Shown here one piece after another: positions 17,822 through 27,532 of a stretch of DNA of 64,000 nucleotides. Position numbers and translations under genes: made by a program. Position 1 is the first letter of the stretch; every line of letters starts with the position of its first letter. Where the stretch lies: IMG/VR virus record IMGVR_UViG_3300022562_000702, one strand, 5' to 3'. The notes under the pieces were generated by a model. The model was not told where the DNA came from and ran no database searches. It saw nothing but the letters and a program-made list of their open reading frames with translations. The stretch is from a virus.

Positions 17822-18388
17822 TCAGACTTGCACAGTCTGCCACTCTTCGTCCATGGCTTTCTGTTCGTCCATGGATGCAGCCGCTTCTGCCTCTGCGTGT
17901 TGAATTGGCAACACCTTGTGGTCCGCATACTGGATCACGATCTTGTGTGATACATGATCGCATGGCGCACCAGCACCGAAAGTGTCACAGTCCGTTCTCA
18001 GCGGACATTCGTGGCTAAGTAGCTTCAGGTTCTTGAACTTGAAGCAGGCCACTTCCCTTGACTGTTGATCGAGGAAATATAGTTTCAGGCTGTCTTGCTC
18101 GAAGTCCACAAAGGAACTCTTCTGGCCTTCAGCGTAACGATCATTGATGGTGCTGAACCAAGCGAATGCTTCGAAGTTCGGCGTCTCAAGAATCTTCACT
18201 TCCAGTGTCTTTTCCACGCAGTTCCATTCAACTCGGGTGACGAACTTTTCGAGTTGAGGCAAGAACTTGGGAATCAAGCGAAACGTGTTGGTTGACGGAT
18301 ACAAATTTCTCGCCTTCTTCAGCTTCATAGGCGGGTCGCAAGCCCGGCCTTCGCTGAGGTCAATCCTGACCTTCTCGTGTTTGTTCAT
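17822..18388 (-). CDS. hypothetical protein
   Basis: 188-aa ORF. Confidence 0.45.
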   Translation of the reverse strand: MNKHEKVRIDLSEGRACDPPMKLKKARNLYPSTNTFRLIPKFLPQLEKFVTRVEWNCVEKTLEVKILETPNFEAFAWFSTINDRYAEGQKSSFVDFEQDSLKLYFLDQQSREVACFKFKNLKLLSHECPLRTDCDTFGAGAPCDHVSHKIVIQYADHKVLPIQHAEAEAAASMDEQKAMDEEWQTVQV

Positions 18389-18397
18389 TCATTCTCC

Positions 18398-19138
18398 TTA
18401 ATCGTAGATCTGAAATTGGTGACGGTCGCTGATGTAGCGGTTTCCGCCAAAGTCCAATTGGAACCAGATATCATAGATGCCGCAGTCCAAATCTTCGGTG
18501 TCGAACTGGTAGAAGCCAAATCGCTTCTCTCGGTAATCAACCAATTCCTTGTCAACGATCAATCTAAGATCTTGTTCGGCGGGCAAACAATCACCACATT
18601 TCTGCTCGATTGAAATCTTGAGGTCTGACACGATTGCCAGATTCTCATAGTAGGCTCTGAGATCGCTGGCCGTAGGCACGTTCGGTAGGATCTCGATGAT
18701 GATGTATTGTTTTGATCCCTGTCGGAGTTTGTTCGGCTGAAAGCGGAACTGGAAGTCATAGACAATAGGAATCGGAGTGGTGTACCACAGATTCGGATAA
18801 ACCTCGAAGCATTGCTCGACGCTTGCATCCGGCTCATCTGTGGAAAAACTTACGGTCCACACATCAAGGTATCGACCGATGGTGTAGACATTCTGGCCCA
18901 GTGGCAGAGTTAGAAGATGTGTGCCTGTATCCTCCAACGTGACTGCTGTGCCATCAATAGTTTCGACAAGTCTGCGGCCATCTGGGTTGGCAGCCGAGGC
19001 GTTGTCTCTTTCGAGGACATAGATGTCAACCTTGCTGATCGCTTGAAGATCGGCTAGGTTGTTGCTGTTGTAAGTGAATAACCGAAGATTTACGGTGTCC
19101 CCTACGGCTGGGTTTTGATACCGTTCTTTTGTCGCCAC
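18398..19138 (-). CDS. hypothetical protein
   Basis: 246-aa ORF. Confidence 0.45.
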   Translation of the reverse strand: MATKERYQNPAVGDTVNLRLFTYNSNNLADLQAISKVDIYVLERDNASAANPDGRRLVETIDGTAVTLEDTGTHLLTLPLGQNVYTIGRYLDVWTVSFSTDEPDASVEQCFEVYPNLWYTTPIPIVYDFQFRFQPNKLRQGSKQYIIIEILPNVPTASDLRAYYENLAIVSDLKISIEQKCGDCLPAEQDLRLIVDKELVDYREKRFGFYQFDTEDLDCGIYDIWFQLDFGGNRYISDRHQFQIYD

Positions 19139-19443
19139 GACTTGCCTCCTCCTTTGAGCTTGTTGATCTTCTGGTTGATGACACCTTGGACAATGGAGTT
19201 GATTTGATTAACTCTTTCGTGCATTTTTCTTGAGTTGTGTCGTCTTAACCAGAAGTTTTTCATGGGCTTATTTCCTTTGTTTCTTCATCTTATCTATGGC
19301 CTCTTGCTCCTTTCTTTTCTGTTCAATGAACCGCTGAATGAGCCACTTGCGTTCATGCACTGGCAGCGTCATGCAGTCCTGTTTCGACATGTGCATGTGA
19401 TATTGGAAGAAGAATAGCTCCTCCATGAGCGTCTGCCATAGCT

Positions 19444-20664
19444 CTACGCTGGGACTTCGCTTACCATCTTCTTCCTTGGGAAGAAAAAAGATGTCTCCAA
19501 CGGAAGATCGATTGTGAATTCTTCCGTGCAAGAGGGACAAAGCATTCCAATTTCAGTGTCCACCCCGAAAGGAGGAACGCTGATTTCGTTTCTCAGATGA
19601 GCAACATCGGCAATCGGCAATCTCTTCAATAGATGCTGGATTTCCTTAATCATCGTGACGCCTTCAAGCTCTTCCAGAAGCAACGCAGTTCGGTACAAGA
19701 GAGTGTCGTCTTCGCTCTGATCACCCCACTTAGAGATGCGTCGGTCTCGGTACTGCGAGATGGCTTGTTCGTCAGTACCAGTAGACAAGCGATAGCGATA
19801 GCTGAAGCCGCTCACTGGCAGGATGCCAGAAAGCTGATCTTGTCCGAAGTCTTCGGGACAGTCTTCCACGTCGAGCATGTTCAAGTCGATGACGGTCGAG
19901 AACTTGATACCACACTCTGGGCATTTGATTTCCACGTCGTATTCCGGCGTATAGGAAATACCACGCAGATAGATCAAAAGGTGCGTTCGGTCTGCCGACA
20001 GGAGATTTTCGGTGATGATGTTTTCCTGAATGCACCGCTGGAAGATCATGTCGATGGCCTTCCCTCTCTTGACAAATCGAGGGGTCGCCAAAATCTGCTC
20101 TTCTTCACCGGTCATCGGTCGCACATGAACCGTCTCAGGGATGTCGTCATAGAACTTCGCTCGGGACGGCCAAGTGAAGGTTTCCCAGTGATGCTGTCCA
20201 GCAAGCTTCTGCAAAGCCGCTTCCAGATTGTCAGTTCCGGTAACTCGGTAGGCTTGGCTGTCAGGAGTGGGAGTCTTTCCTGTGGCCGCACGGCGTTCTT
20301 GAAACTTGTTCTGGGCCTTGGGTCGCATCTGAGATGATTCATTCATCGGACGATTCTCAATATCGTCCATGTGCTGGCGTGCCCTCATAGCTGCTTGGAA
20401 CTGTGGCGGTACATTGCCAGAGATCTCAAAAGGGGCATCCTTGGGAGTGAAAGGAGTCGGCGGTTCTCTGCCAGTTTCTCTGGCAACTGCCTGCTGCACA
20501 TTTCTGATTTGGGCCAAGGGGTCGCCTTCCTGCGACTCTGGGACATTTCCCAAATCGTTCTCTGAAGCCTGATCAATTTCTTCACGACTGATCTTCTTCT
20601 GTTGTCTGTAGACATTATCGTCTGCCATATTCGTCTCCTTCACACTATGATGATTCAGATCCAT
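19444..20664 (-). CDS. hypothetical protein with two CxxC zinc-ribbon motifs
   Basis: CPECGIKFS and CPSCTEEF motifs in a 406-aa ORF. Confidence 0.5.
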   Translation of the reverse strand: MDLNHHSVKETNMADDNVYRQQKKISREEIDQASENDLGNVPESQEGDPLAQIRNVQQAVARETGREPPTPFTPKDAPFEISGNVPPQFQAAMRARQHMDDIENRPMNESSQMRPKAQNKFQERRAATGKTPTPDSQAYRVTGTDNLEAALQKLAGQHHWETFTWPSRAKFYDDIPETVHVRPMTGEEEQILATPRFVKRGKAIDMIFQRCIQENIITENLLSADRTHLLIYLRGISYTPEYDVEIKCPECGIKFSTVIDLNMLDVEDCPEDFGQDQLSGILPVSGFSYRYRLSTGTDEQAISQYRDRRISKWGDQSEDDTLLYRTALLLEELEGVTMIKEIQHLLKRLPIADVAHLRNEISVPPFGVDTEIGMLCPSCTEEFTIDLPLETSFFFPRKKMVSEVPA

Positions 20665-20683
20665 CAGGTGTGAGTATTACAGT

Positions 20684-21061
20684 ATGATCCTCTTGAATTT
20701 TTCCACCGTCGAGGAGCTTCTCTTTTACGACCGAGAGGCCCAGAAGTATTTGCCGACCCACATGTTCAGTCTGTTCGAACAGTGGCGGTTGGCTAAACGC
20801 CTACCAATGCTCCGTGATCTGGGAAAGGCGGCTGTGTTGGATGTCCTTAATGGACTCACCGACAGTGACGTTGCTTCATTGGAAGAGTATTTTGGTGACA
20901 GAATCTTCTTAGAGAAGCTCAATTATAGCATAGTGAGGAACATTAAGGTTCCGCTCAAAGATCAACAGGAGATCTGTAAAATTCTGTGCGAATTGGATGG
21001 GTTCAATTACTTCAGCACATGGCGGGACAGTGATTTCCTGTATGTAAGCTTCTGGCGATAG
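20684..21061 (+). CDS. hypothetical protein
   Basis: 125-aa ORF. Confidence 0.4.
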   Translation: MILLNFSTVEELLFYDREAQKYLPTHMFSLFEQWRLAKRLPMLRDLGKAAVLDVLNGLTDSDVASLEEYFGDRIFLEKLNYSIVRNIKVPLKDQQEICKILCELDGFNYFSTWRDSDFLYVSFWR

Positions 21062-21074
21062 AAATGGAGGTCAA

Positions 21075-21365
21075 ATGAAAGGCATCATCACATTCTACAT
21101 CAACGTAGAAACGGCAGAGGAGGGCAAGAAACTGGAGTTTCTTTCCCTCATGAAACAAGCAAACACGGAACTGATCCAAAAATTGGAACAGCACGGGTAC
21201 TGGGTTATGGTCGTTCCCGTTGAGAAGGAATCCAGCCGAATTGAGAAGGTTGACTTCGATCTGCCCTTCCCACGATATGTTCTGCCGCACATTGATCTGG
21301 CGGAACAAGAGAAGATCATGGACGAGATCAAAACCAAGGCCCTCAAAGATGTGGAGAACGAATGA
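21075..21365 (+). CDS. hypothetical protein
   Basis: 96-aa ORF. Confidence 0.4.
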   Translation: MKGIITFYINVETAEEGKKLEFLSLMKQANTELIQKLEQHGYWVMVVPVEKESSRIEKVDFDLPFPRYVLPHIDLAEQEKIMDEIKTKALKDVENE

Positions 21366-21706
21366 TTACACTAACAATGTTTATCTTGGCGACAATTGGC
21401 CTCACCAACATCCTTGTACACGGAAAGGTCTTGGATCTGATCAAGATCGGGGACAAGTCTCTGAGAGGTTGGATGAAAACTCCCAGCTTTCTCGGCGAAA
21501 TGTTGGATTGCTACGAATGCACCGGCTTCTGGGCCGGGTTGCTCATGGGCCTGATTTTCTTCTGGGGATCATGGCTTTTTGTTCTGACAGCCGCTTTTGC
21601 TGGCAGCGTGGTCGCTCAAACTTACACCGATCTGATGTACCTACTACGGAGCAAGATTGATTTTGTAGTGGAGGATTCAGATGCCCAAGAAGAGAGAAAC
21701 GGTTAA
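21362..21706 (+). CDS. hypothetical membrane protein
   Basis: Hydrophobic segments (ITLTMFILATIGLTNILV, WAGLLMGLIFFWGSWLFVLTAAF). Confidence 0.4.
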   Translation: MITLTMFILATIGLTNILVHGKVLDLIKIGDKSLRGWMKTPSFLGEMLDCYECTGFWAGLLMGLIFFWGSWLFVLTAAFAGSVVAQTYTDLMYLLRSKIDFVVEDSDAQEERNG

Positions 21707-22055
21707 ACGATACCTGATCTTTTGCGAACCCTGTTCGTTTAAGAAGGTGGTTGAAAGCGACAAGCCCGAGGATATGGTGTTGATCAAACGCAGTCCTGTG
21801 CCGGGCGGATCGCCACGTCTTGATGCGGCTACCAAACAGATTAAGGGACGACCCGTACAAGAACAAAAGACAATGTGCAAGTGCCCTCAATGTGGCCGTG
21901 GCGCAACACTCAAAGATCTACCGTCTGTGTACAAGATGACGTTTGAACAACTTGATGAGCAGGCACGATTGCGTGAAGAAGAACTCGAAAAACAACGACG
22001 CCTTGAAGATGGTCGGCCTCACGAAAGAAGGCCAGACCCAGACTTCATTGGATAA
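21681..22055 (+). CDS. hypothetical zinc-ribbon protein
   Basis: CEPCSF...CKCPQCGRG four-cysteine pattern. Confidence 0.4.
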   Translation: MPKKRETVKRYLIFCEPCSFKKVVESDKPEDMVLIKRSPVPGGSPRLDAATKQIKGRPVQEQKTMCKCPQCGRGATLKDLPSVYKMTFEQLDEQARLREEELEKQRRLEDGRPHERRPDPDFIG

Positions 22056-22063
22056 GGAGAAGC

Positions 22064-22396
22064 ATGAAGAATTTTTGGTTGAATAGGAAGAAAGTGGAAC
22101 CCATCGTGAATTTCGATTCGAGTGATTTGAAGATTTGGGGGACTACCTCAGCATTGGATCGTGTCTCTCTCAGAAGAGCCATTATCGTTGTGAAGAAAGA
22201 GGTCCAGCGGCTCGTTCGAGAGAATTTGTTCGAGCCAGAAGGGAAGCTGATCGCTGTAGTCTCAGACTATCTGTTCTCAATCATCGGCAGCAAATACATT
22301 CGTTCCTACCAAGTTTGTTCCGACTATACTCTGGTAATCTTTGCAGATGATGTAAGATTAAGGGTAACGTATGAAAAAACGAATCAGCATTCATGA
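22064..22396 (+). CDS. hypothetical protein
   Basis: 110-aa ORF. Confidence 0.35.
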   Translation: MKNFWLNRKKVEPIVNFDSSDLKIWGTTSALDRVSLRRAIIVVKKEVQRLVRENLFEPEGKLIAVVSDYLFSIIGSKYIRSYQVCSDYTLVIFADDVRLRVTYEKTNQHS

Positions 22397-22763
22397 TGTG
22401 AAGCAGGCACTTCTCGATGAACGGTTTCGATCTAAACTACCAGAAAACCTACGAGAAGACGTTCAGAAGTTTCTGAAGAATCCGGGTTGTGCCTGCAATC
22501 ATCCTATATACATCAGGGTGATGCAGAACGCACGCCCTCAACTGGTGGAATACTTCCCGACGAAGGAAACACCAACCGAAGAGGAAGCCAAGAAGGAGTT
22601 TGAAAGCCTCTCCAAGAACAATTGGCAAGTCATCAACTGTTCTGTCCACGAATTGGCAGGGGAGTTGAAGAAACTTGGTCCGGGGCGAAAGCAACTCGAC
22701 ATTGCACGATTCGAAGACCAAGTGACAGTAGTAGTGAATCACTTGGACGAAATCTATGGCTAA
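22371..22763 (+). CDS. hypothetical protein
   Basis: 130-aa ORF. Confidence 0.35.
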   Translation: MKKRISIHDVKQALLDERFRSKLPENLREDVQKFLKNPGCACNHPIYIRVMQNARPQLVEYFPTKETPTEEEAKKEFESLSKNNWQVINCSVHELAGELKKLGPGRKQLDIARFEDQVTVVVNHLDEIYG

Positions 22764-23037
22764 CTTTTGGATTGCTCAGCGACATAAGATCATCTTATAC
22801 ATTGAAGCCATGCTGGCTAAGGATTCGATGTCCGTGCCGATGAGGTACATCCAGTTTGCCATCAACCACAATCGACAATTCCTTCAAGCCGACAACATCC
22901 AGTATGATCGTCAGGAGTTGATTGAGGGATGCTTCCTTCACTGTCGGTATCTCTTCTACTCCGATGCCAACGATCAGGCCAAGATGGATTCCGCTGCCCA
23001 GCGATACAACCGCTGGAAGAAGTCTATGACCGGGTAG
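22756..23037 (+). CDS. hypothetical protein
   Basis: 93-aa ORF. Confidence 0.35.
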   Translation: MANFWIAQRHKIILYIEAMLAKDSMSVPMRYIQFAINHNRQFLQADNIQYDRQELIEGCFLHCRYLFYSDANDQAKMDSAAQRYNRWKKSMTG

Positions 23038-23962
23038 GAGCATAGAAGGCGGCTGTCTGGAGCTTCTGGCAGGATTCGATCATCTTCTCGGGATATGCCC
23101 GGTACTTCGTCAGATCCATCGGCCACTTGTCTGTTCTGAGCCGTCTGGCCCCTAATTTCATAGCATCCCCGTAGAACGTCTGTGCTCGCTTGAAATCCCT
23201 TGACAGGTGATAGAAGGCATCTCCCATCAAACACCAGAACTCGGCCATCAGGGGCCTTTCTGAGAGGCATAGAGTGAGATTCTGAAGGGCTGGCCGGATC
23301 TTCTTGGAATACACAATGCTCGCCATGGCGTAATAGTACCGATTCATGATCGCCGACATCGAATTTGAGGGGTCCAGAGCCATGTAATGCTCCGAGATCG
23401 GCATGAACCTAGCCCAATTCCCTTGCGCCAGCAAGGTGCAGGCTTCATAGTACCACGGCGAAATGGCTGTTGGCTTGTCTTTCTTCCAACTCTCAATCCT
23501 GCGGAGAACATCATCGTAGTCCGTTCGGCCACTGGAATAGAAGACAGTGCCCACTTCCTCGTCACAATCTGAAATTAACCTCTCATAGACGGGATTTTGG
23601 AACTTGTGATTACGGCCCTTCCAGAATCGAACCTCTTTTGACACAACCTTGTTATTAACAATTGTTGCATATCGGTGGACGCCATCGCAGGAATCAATGA
23701 GATGGTGCCCTTGAACCAATGCTTCCCACGGTTCGATGAAGAAGTTCCAGCCCTCTGATCCCATAGAGATCAGATGATTTCGTGCTTCGTGGCGTGGTCG
23801 GTCGAGTTGTTCCACGAGGGCACCGTGATTCTGGCAAATGGCAACGGTGTCATCTGTGCTGCCGAGATCGGCGACCAAGATTTGATCCACGAACGAGATC
23901 GACTCAAGGGTTTTGAGGATTGTCTGGCTGTTGTTCTTGGTCAGAATGTGTGCGACGGCCAT
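23024..23962 (-). CDS. glycosyltransferase family 2-like protein
   Basis: N-terminal VAHILTKNN...VADLGSTDDT (GT2 DxSxD-type motif). Confidence 0.65.
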   Translation of the reverse strand: MAVAHILTKNNSQTILKTLESISFVDQILVADLGSTDDTVAICQNHGALVEQLDRPRHEARNHLISMGSEGWNFFIEPWEALVQGHHLIDSCDGVHRYATIVNNKVVSKEVRFWKGRNHKFQNPVYERLISDCDEEVGTVFYSSGRTDYDDVLRRIESWKKDKPTAISPWYYEACTLLAQGNWARFMPISEHYMALDPSNSMSAIMNRYYYAMASIVYSKKIRPALQNLTLCLSERPLMAEFWCLMGDAFYHLSRDFKRAQTFYGDAMKLGARRLRTDKWPMDLTKYRAYPEKMIESCQKLQTAAFYAPTRS

Positions 23963-24098
23963 ATTTCTCCTTGATCAACTCTTCGAAGGCTTCCGCTTCG
24001 TTGGTCCGATTACAATTTTTGTAATAGGCGGCGATGCGTTCATACGCCATCTTGGTCGGGCTGGCCTGCAAATCCGCATAGAGCCTTACTATGTTCAT

Positions 24099-24200
24099 GT
24101 AAGTAAATGAGTTGCGGGGAAAAAGGATTTTCCTTCGGAAAAAGATTGCCGTGGTGCAGATATATAGATACCCATTTAGCACCCTGTTTCGGAGGACATC
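24099..24200. promoter_or_regulatory. intergenic control region upstream of the sigma-factor gene
   Basis: Contains the GGAAAA...TTTTCC inverted repeat within GGAAAAAGGATTTTCCTTCGGAAAAAG, and a GATATATAGATA element ~60 nt upstream of the ATG. Confidence 0.3.
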
Positions 24201-24761
24201 TTGGCAAGCGAATATCTGAACAACAAGAACTTCGAAGCGATCATCCAGTCGTTTCAATACCACAAGCGAGAGAAGTCTCGCTACGAATTGATCCTGAAAG
24301 ATTTTGCAGAGACCCACCAACGCCGCCTTAAGAAATACAAAGATGATCTGAGGAAAGCCCAGCTTGAGCAAGCTTTGGGAGACTACCAAGAGTCGCTCTC
24401 AAACTTTAAGGGATTCCAAGATCAGTTGGCCTATGCGTTCTACTTGCTTTCTGAGAACATCGCCAACTACGCCAAGTTCAGCGGAATCGATGTAGACGAC
24501 GCCGTACAAGAGGGCGTCCTTATTTGCTTTGAGAAGATCGACCGATTTGATCCTCGAAAGGGCAAAGCGTTCAACTACATGACGACTTGCATCTTAAACC
24601 ATTACCGGCAGTTGTACCGAAGTGCTCGAAATTACAATGAATTGAAGAAGCGATATCACGTCTTTCTACAAGACAAGTTCGAAAGCGTGGTTTTCAGAAA
24701 TGGCAAAGAACATTCGGGTCAATTCAAAAGTTATGTTGACCAAACTTCTTCTTCGTGGTAA
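24201..24761 (+). CDS. small sigma factor containing only sigma70 region 2 (T4 gp55-like late sigma factor)
   Basis: DDAVQEGVLICFEKIDRFDPRKGKAFNYMTTCILNHYRQ fits the sigma70 region 2.1-2.3 pattern. 186 aa with no region 4. Confidence 0.7.
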   Translation: MASEYLNNKNFEAIIQSFQYHKREKSRYELILKDFAETHQRRLKKYKDDLRKAQLEQALGDYQESLSNFKGFQDQLAYAFYLLSENIANYAKFSGIDVDDAVQEGVLICFEKIDRFDPRKGKAFNYMTTCILNHYRQLYRSARNYNELKKRYHVFLQDKFESVVFRNGKEHSGQFKSYVDQTSSSW

Positions 24762-24767
24762 ACTTCT

Positions 24768-25055
24768 ATGGATATGACAAATACCAGCGTAGCCAATCCG
24801 GTACACGCAATCGAAATGCAAGAAATTATACAGAAGCTCAAGGACAACGGGTATGGGGAGCTTGTCACCTGTCTCTTGGAAAACGAGACTGACTGCTACA
24901 CCAAACGGGGTCGCCTTAATAAGAGTGCCACTTCTAGGAAGATGGGCTGGAAGTCCAAGCAACTAGAAGATGCTCTTCAGGGCATGAGAGAGATTCTCGG
25001 CAACGAGTTCTGTGATTTCATAGAAGAACAAGAAGAGGATGGCGACGAGGATTAG
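24768..25055 (+). CDS. hypothetical acidic protein, possible late-transcription co-factor (gp33-like?)
   Basis: 95 aa with a strongly acidic C-terminus EEQEEDGDED. It lies immediately downstream of the sigma gene. The gene ends with TAG. Confidence 0.3.
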   Translation: MDMTNTSVANPVHAIEMQEIIQKLKDNGYGELVTCLLENETDCYTKRGRLNKSATSRKMGWKSKQLEDALQGMREILGNEFCDFIEEQEEDGDED

Positions 25056-25609
25056 GCCCCGGCCCCAAGTCCATCGCCAGCCGCATCTTGTTCGATATAT
25101 GCTCTTGCATAGCGAATCGTGATCTCGGCCATCAATACATCTGCTTGTGCGTAGTCCAGTGTTTGGAAGTTGAGTTGCTGAGGCCAGCAATCCTCAAAGA
25201 TCCAGCTTTCGACTGTTCTACCGCACCCGTCAAGCATTCGTAACGAACACTCACGGATAAACCCGACTTGAGGGCCTTTCTCCGTGTTGGGCGGTCGAAA
25301 TATGCCATCTTTGGGTTCGTACAGATTCTTGATCCATTCCCACAGTTTGTTTTCGTTCTTCTTGAGATCGAACACCGTGACTGTGATGGGCTTCCAATCC
25401 GGCTTGCCGGGGATGGCTACATCCTCGATCAAATGGCGGACGGGGATTTCTGTAAACGTCAGATGAGGACGTGCGGCTTTGGATGGCGGCAAAGCATTGA
25501 TCGCATTCTTCTCGTCCCCAATGATGTTGTTGACCACGAAGATCCAGCGGTTCTGTCTCTTGCAGTATTGTCCGCTCTCAAGTCCAAATTGTAGTCCCAT
25601 CTTAGCCAT
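25052..25609 (-). CDS. tail tube protein paralog (gp19-like)
   Basis: Shares IPGKPDW, MLDGCG and W.QDCWPQ.LNF..LDY...D....EITIRY blocks with the three upstream paralogs. Confidence 0.6.
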   Translation of the reverse strand: MAKMGLQFGLESGQYCKRQNRWIFVVNNIIGDEKNAINALPPSKAARPHLTFTEIPVRHLIEDVAIPGKPDWKPITVTVFDLKKNENKLWEWIKNLYEPKDGIFRPPNTEKGPQVGFIRECSLRMLDGCGRTVESWIFEDCWPQQLNFQTLDYAQADVLMAEITIRYARAYIEQDAAGDGLGAGA

Positions 25610-25624
25610 CGGCGCATCTCCATG

Positions 25625-25655
25625 AAAAAAGGCGGCGGCACAGAGTACCGCCGCC
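25625..25655 (-). terminator. rho-independent terminator on minus strand (GGCGGCGG/CCGCCGCC stem followed by T6 on the minus strand)
   Basis: Read in the sequence between tube paralogs. Confidence 0.55.
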
Positions 25656-25687
25656 TTATATGATAGTATCGGGCACTGTCAGGATTC

Positions 25688-26228
25688 TTACGAACCACAC
25701 GGCGTGCAGCAGTTCTCGATAGCAAAACTCGGGCAAATAGGTGTGTATCTGACACTGGAGTAACGGAGTGTCAAATCAATCGTGGCTTCGTCCGAAGTTG
25801 CATAATCCAAGTCACCAAAATTAACCGAGGTCGGCCACAGGTCCGCAAGCTCCCATACTTCGAGGAGCCCACCGCAACCATCGTACATTCTAAGGATTCC
25901 CACCGCTGCGTAATTATTCCTCGATGCCCCCATTGGAAGCTCTGTTTGGCTTGCTGAATGATACGTTGGTTGGGTCGATGGCATCGATGTAAGTTACATT
26001 GATGGTTTCCCATGCGGCCTTCCCCGGAATCCAAGTCTTGGCGTTCAAGAAGTTGATTTCCGTTTCTTCGATACTGAGATTTGGGCGAGCAGCCACCTTG
26101 ACAAAGTGCGGCGGCACTGACCGGCTGGAATCGCCACAAATCCCCTGTACCTCGAAGGTAAATCGGAACTTCCTCTTGAAAATGAGGTTTCTGAAGCCCA
26201 AAGGCCCAATACCCATATTTTGTGCCAT
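25688..26228 (-). pseudogene. tail tube protein paralog interrupted by a frameshift (two overlapping ORF halves, 25914..26228 and 25688..25984)
   Basis: The N-terminal half aligns with paralogs up to TYID. The C-terminal half (RMYDGCGGLLEVWELADLWPTSVNFGDLDYATSDEATIDLTLRY) continues the alignment in another frame. A short direct repeat, tcgatggcatcgatg, lies at the junction. Confidence 0.5.
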
Positions 26229-26255
26229 ACTTGATCTCCTTCAACTCCAGTTCGA

Positions 26256-26858
26256 TTAGAACTGGAGGGCCTGTCCTCCCTGAGACGTAGAACCACAACC
26301 ATTGCAGCAAGGCGTTGGCTGGAAGTCCGGGCAGAAGCTTCGGTAAACAACGTCCCAGTAACGGAGCGTCAATTCGATTGTTGCTTCGTCAGAAGCAGAG
26401 TAATCGAGATCGCCGAAGTTGATCGCTGTCGGCCAGAGGTGTTGCATCTGCCATTGTTCAAGCAGAACACCACAGCCGTCGTACATGCTCAGAACACCAG
26501 TAGCATCCCAGTCACGACGTGTGCCTTGTGTCAGGCGAATCGGGTCTGTGAAGTCATACATGGTAGCCAGCCAGTTCCATAACTGCTGCATTTCTGAGTG
26601 TGCTACGTCGATGTAGGTCACGGTGATGGTTTCCCAAGACGCTTTGCCGGGAATCCACATCTTACCGTTCAAGTGGTTGATTTCTGTTTCCTCAATACTG
26701 AGGTTTGGTCGTGAAGCTACCTTCACGAAGTGTTCGGGAATGACGTTTTTCTCGTTATTGCAGAACCCGAACACCTCGAAAGTCCAACGGAACTTTCTCT
26801 TAAAGGTGATATCGGGTTGGCCGATAACGCCAATACCCATCGGTTTTCTTTCAGCCAT
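26256..26858 (-). CDS. tail tube protein paralog (gp19-like)
   Basis: 200 aa with conserved blocks FVKVASRPNLSIEETEI, WIPGK, YDGCG and NFGDLDYSASDEATIELTLRY. Confidence 0.65.
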   Translation of the reverse strand: MAERKPMGIGVIGQPDITFKRKFRWTFEVFGFCNNEKNVIPEHFVKVASRPNLSIEETEINHLNGKMWIPGKASWETITVTYIDVAHSEMQQLWNWLATMYDFTDPIRLTQGTRRDWDATGVLSMYDGCGVLLEQWQMQHLWPTAINFGDLDYSASDEATIELTLRYWDVVYRSFCPDFQPTPCCNGCGSTSQGGQALQF

Positions 26859-26884
26859 TGTTACTCCTGAATTTGATTAGATCT

Positions 26885-27466
26885 TTAGGATTCGCAGCCT
26901 TGGCAGGTTCCCTGTGGGTTTGCCATACATGCCACACCTTCGATCTTCGCTTTGCTGAATCTAAAGGTTACGTCGATTGTGCATTCATCGGACGATGAAT
27001 AGTCCAAGTCGCCAAAGTTGACCGACTGGGGCCACGCATCTTGAAATGTCCATCGTTCCATTACTGTTCCGCAGCCGTCGAGCATCTCTAAGGTGCCCGT
27101 ACCAGCCCATCCTCTCTTTTCTGACTGCGGCAAATCTCCACTTCCACTGGAGCCTGCTTCACCAACAGCTTTGTTGAAGTCGTAAACACTAAGAATCCAA
27201 TCATAAAGCGGCCCTAGTTTTGAGTCGGCCACGTCATAATAGGTCACTGTAAGGGGTTGCCAGCGACCCTTGCCCGGAATCCAAGTGATTGCGTTCAGAA
27301 AATGGAGTTCTGTTTCATCGATATCCAACTGAGGACGACTCGCCACCTTAACAAACTGCTTTTCAACAGATTGCCCGTTGGGAGTGATCCACTCCATCAA
27401 ATATCGAAATTTGCGTTTGAGGATGATGTTGGGTTGCCCTAGCTCCCCAATTCCCATATTTGCCAT
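26885..27466 (-). CDS. tail tube protein paralog (gp19-like), first after the sheath
   Basis: 193 aa with the same conserved blocks. It lies immediately downstream of the sheath gene. Confidence 0.65.
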   Translation of the reverse strand: MANMGIGELGQPNIILKRKFRYLMEWITPNGQSVEKQFVKVASRPQLDIDETELHFLNAITWIPGKGRWQPLTVTYYDVADSKLGPLYDWILSVYDFNKAVGEAGSSGSGDLPQSEKRGWAGTGTLEMLDGCGTVMERWTFQDAWPQSVNFGDLDYSSSDECTIDVTFRFSKAKIEGVACMANPQGTCQGCES

Positions 27467-27497
27467 CTAACTACCTCTTCCTGAGAATCAAAGGTTT

Positions 27498-27518
27498 GGG
27501 GCTGGCGGGACCAGCCCC
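27498..27518 (-). terminator. GC-rich hairpin (GGGGCTGG/CCAGCCCC) between sheath and tube genes, possible partial terminator or attenuator
   Basis: Inverted repeat read in the 66-nt intergenic gap. Confidence 0.35.
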
Positions 27519-27532
27519 GGAACCTTATTTGA

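Noticed and set aside
19268-19540. 90-aa minus-strand ORF overlapping the 3' end of the 406-aa gene
   Set aside because: The 97-nt overlap is in a different frame. Only the distal ~53 aa (19268..19426) could be real, and there is no clear Shine-Dalgarno, so I left it uncalled.
23904-24389. 161-aa minus-strand ORF overlapping both the GT2 start and the sigma-factor gene
   Set aside because: Its 5' half is antisense to the sigma gene. Only a possible 65-aa remnant (23904..24098) is non-overlapping, which is too weak to call.
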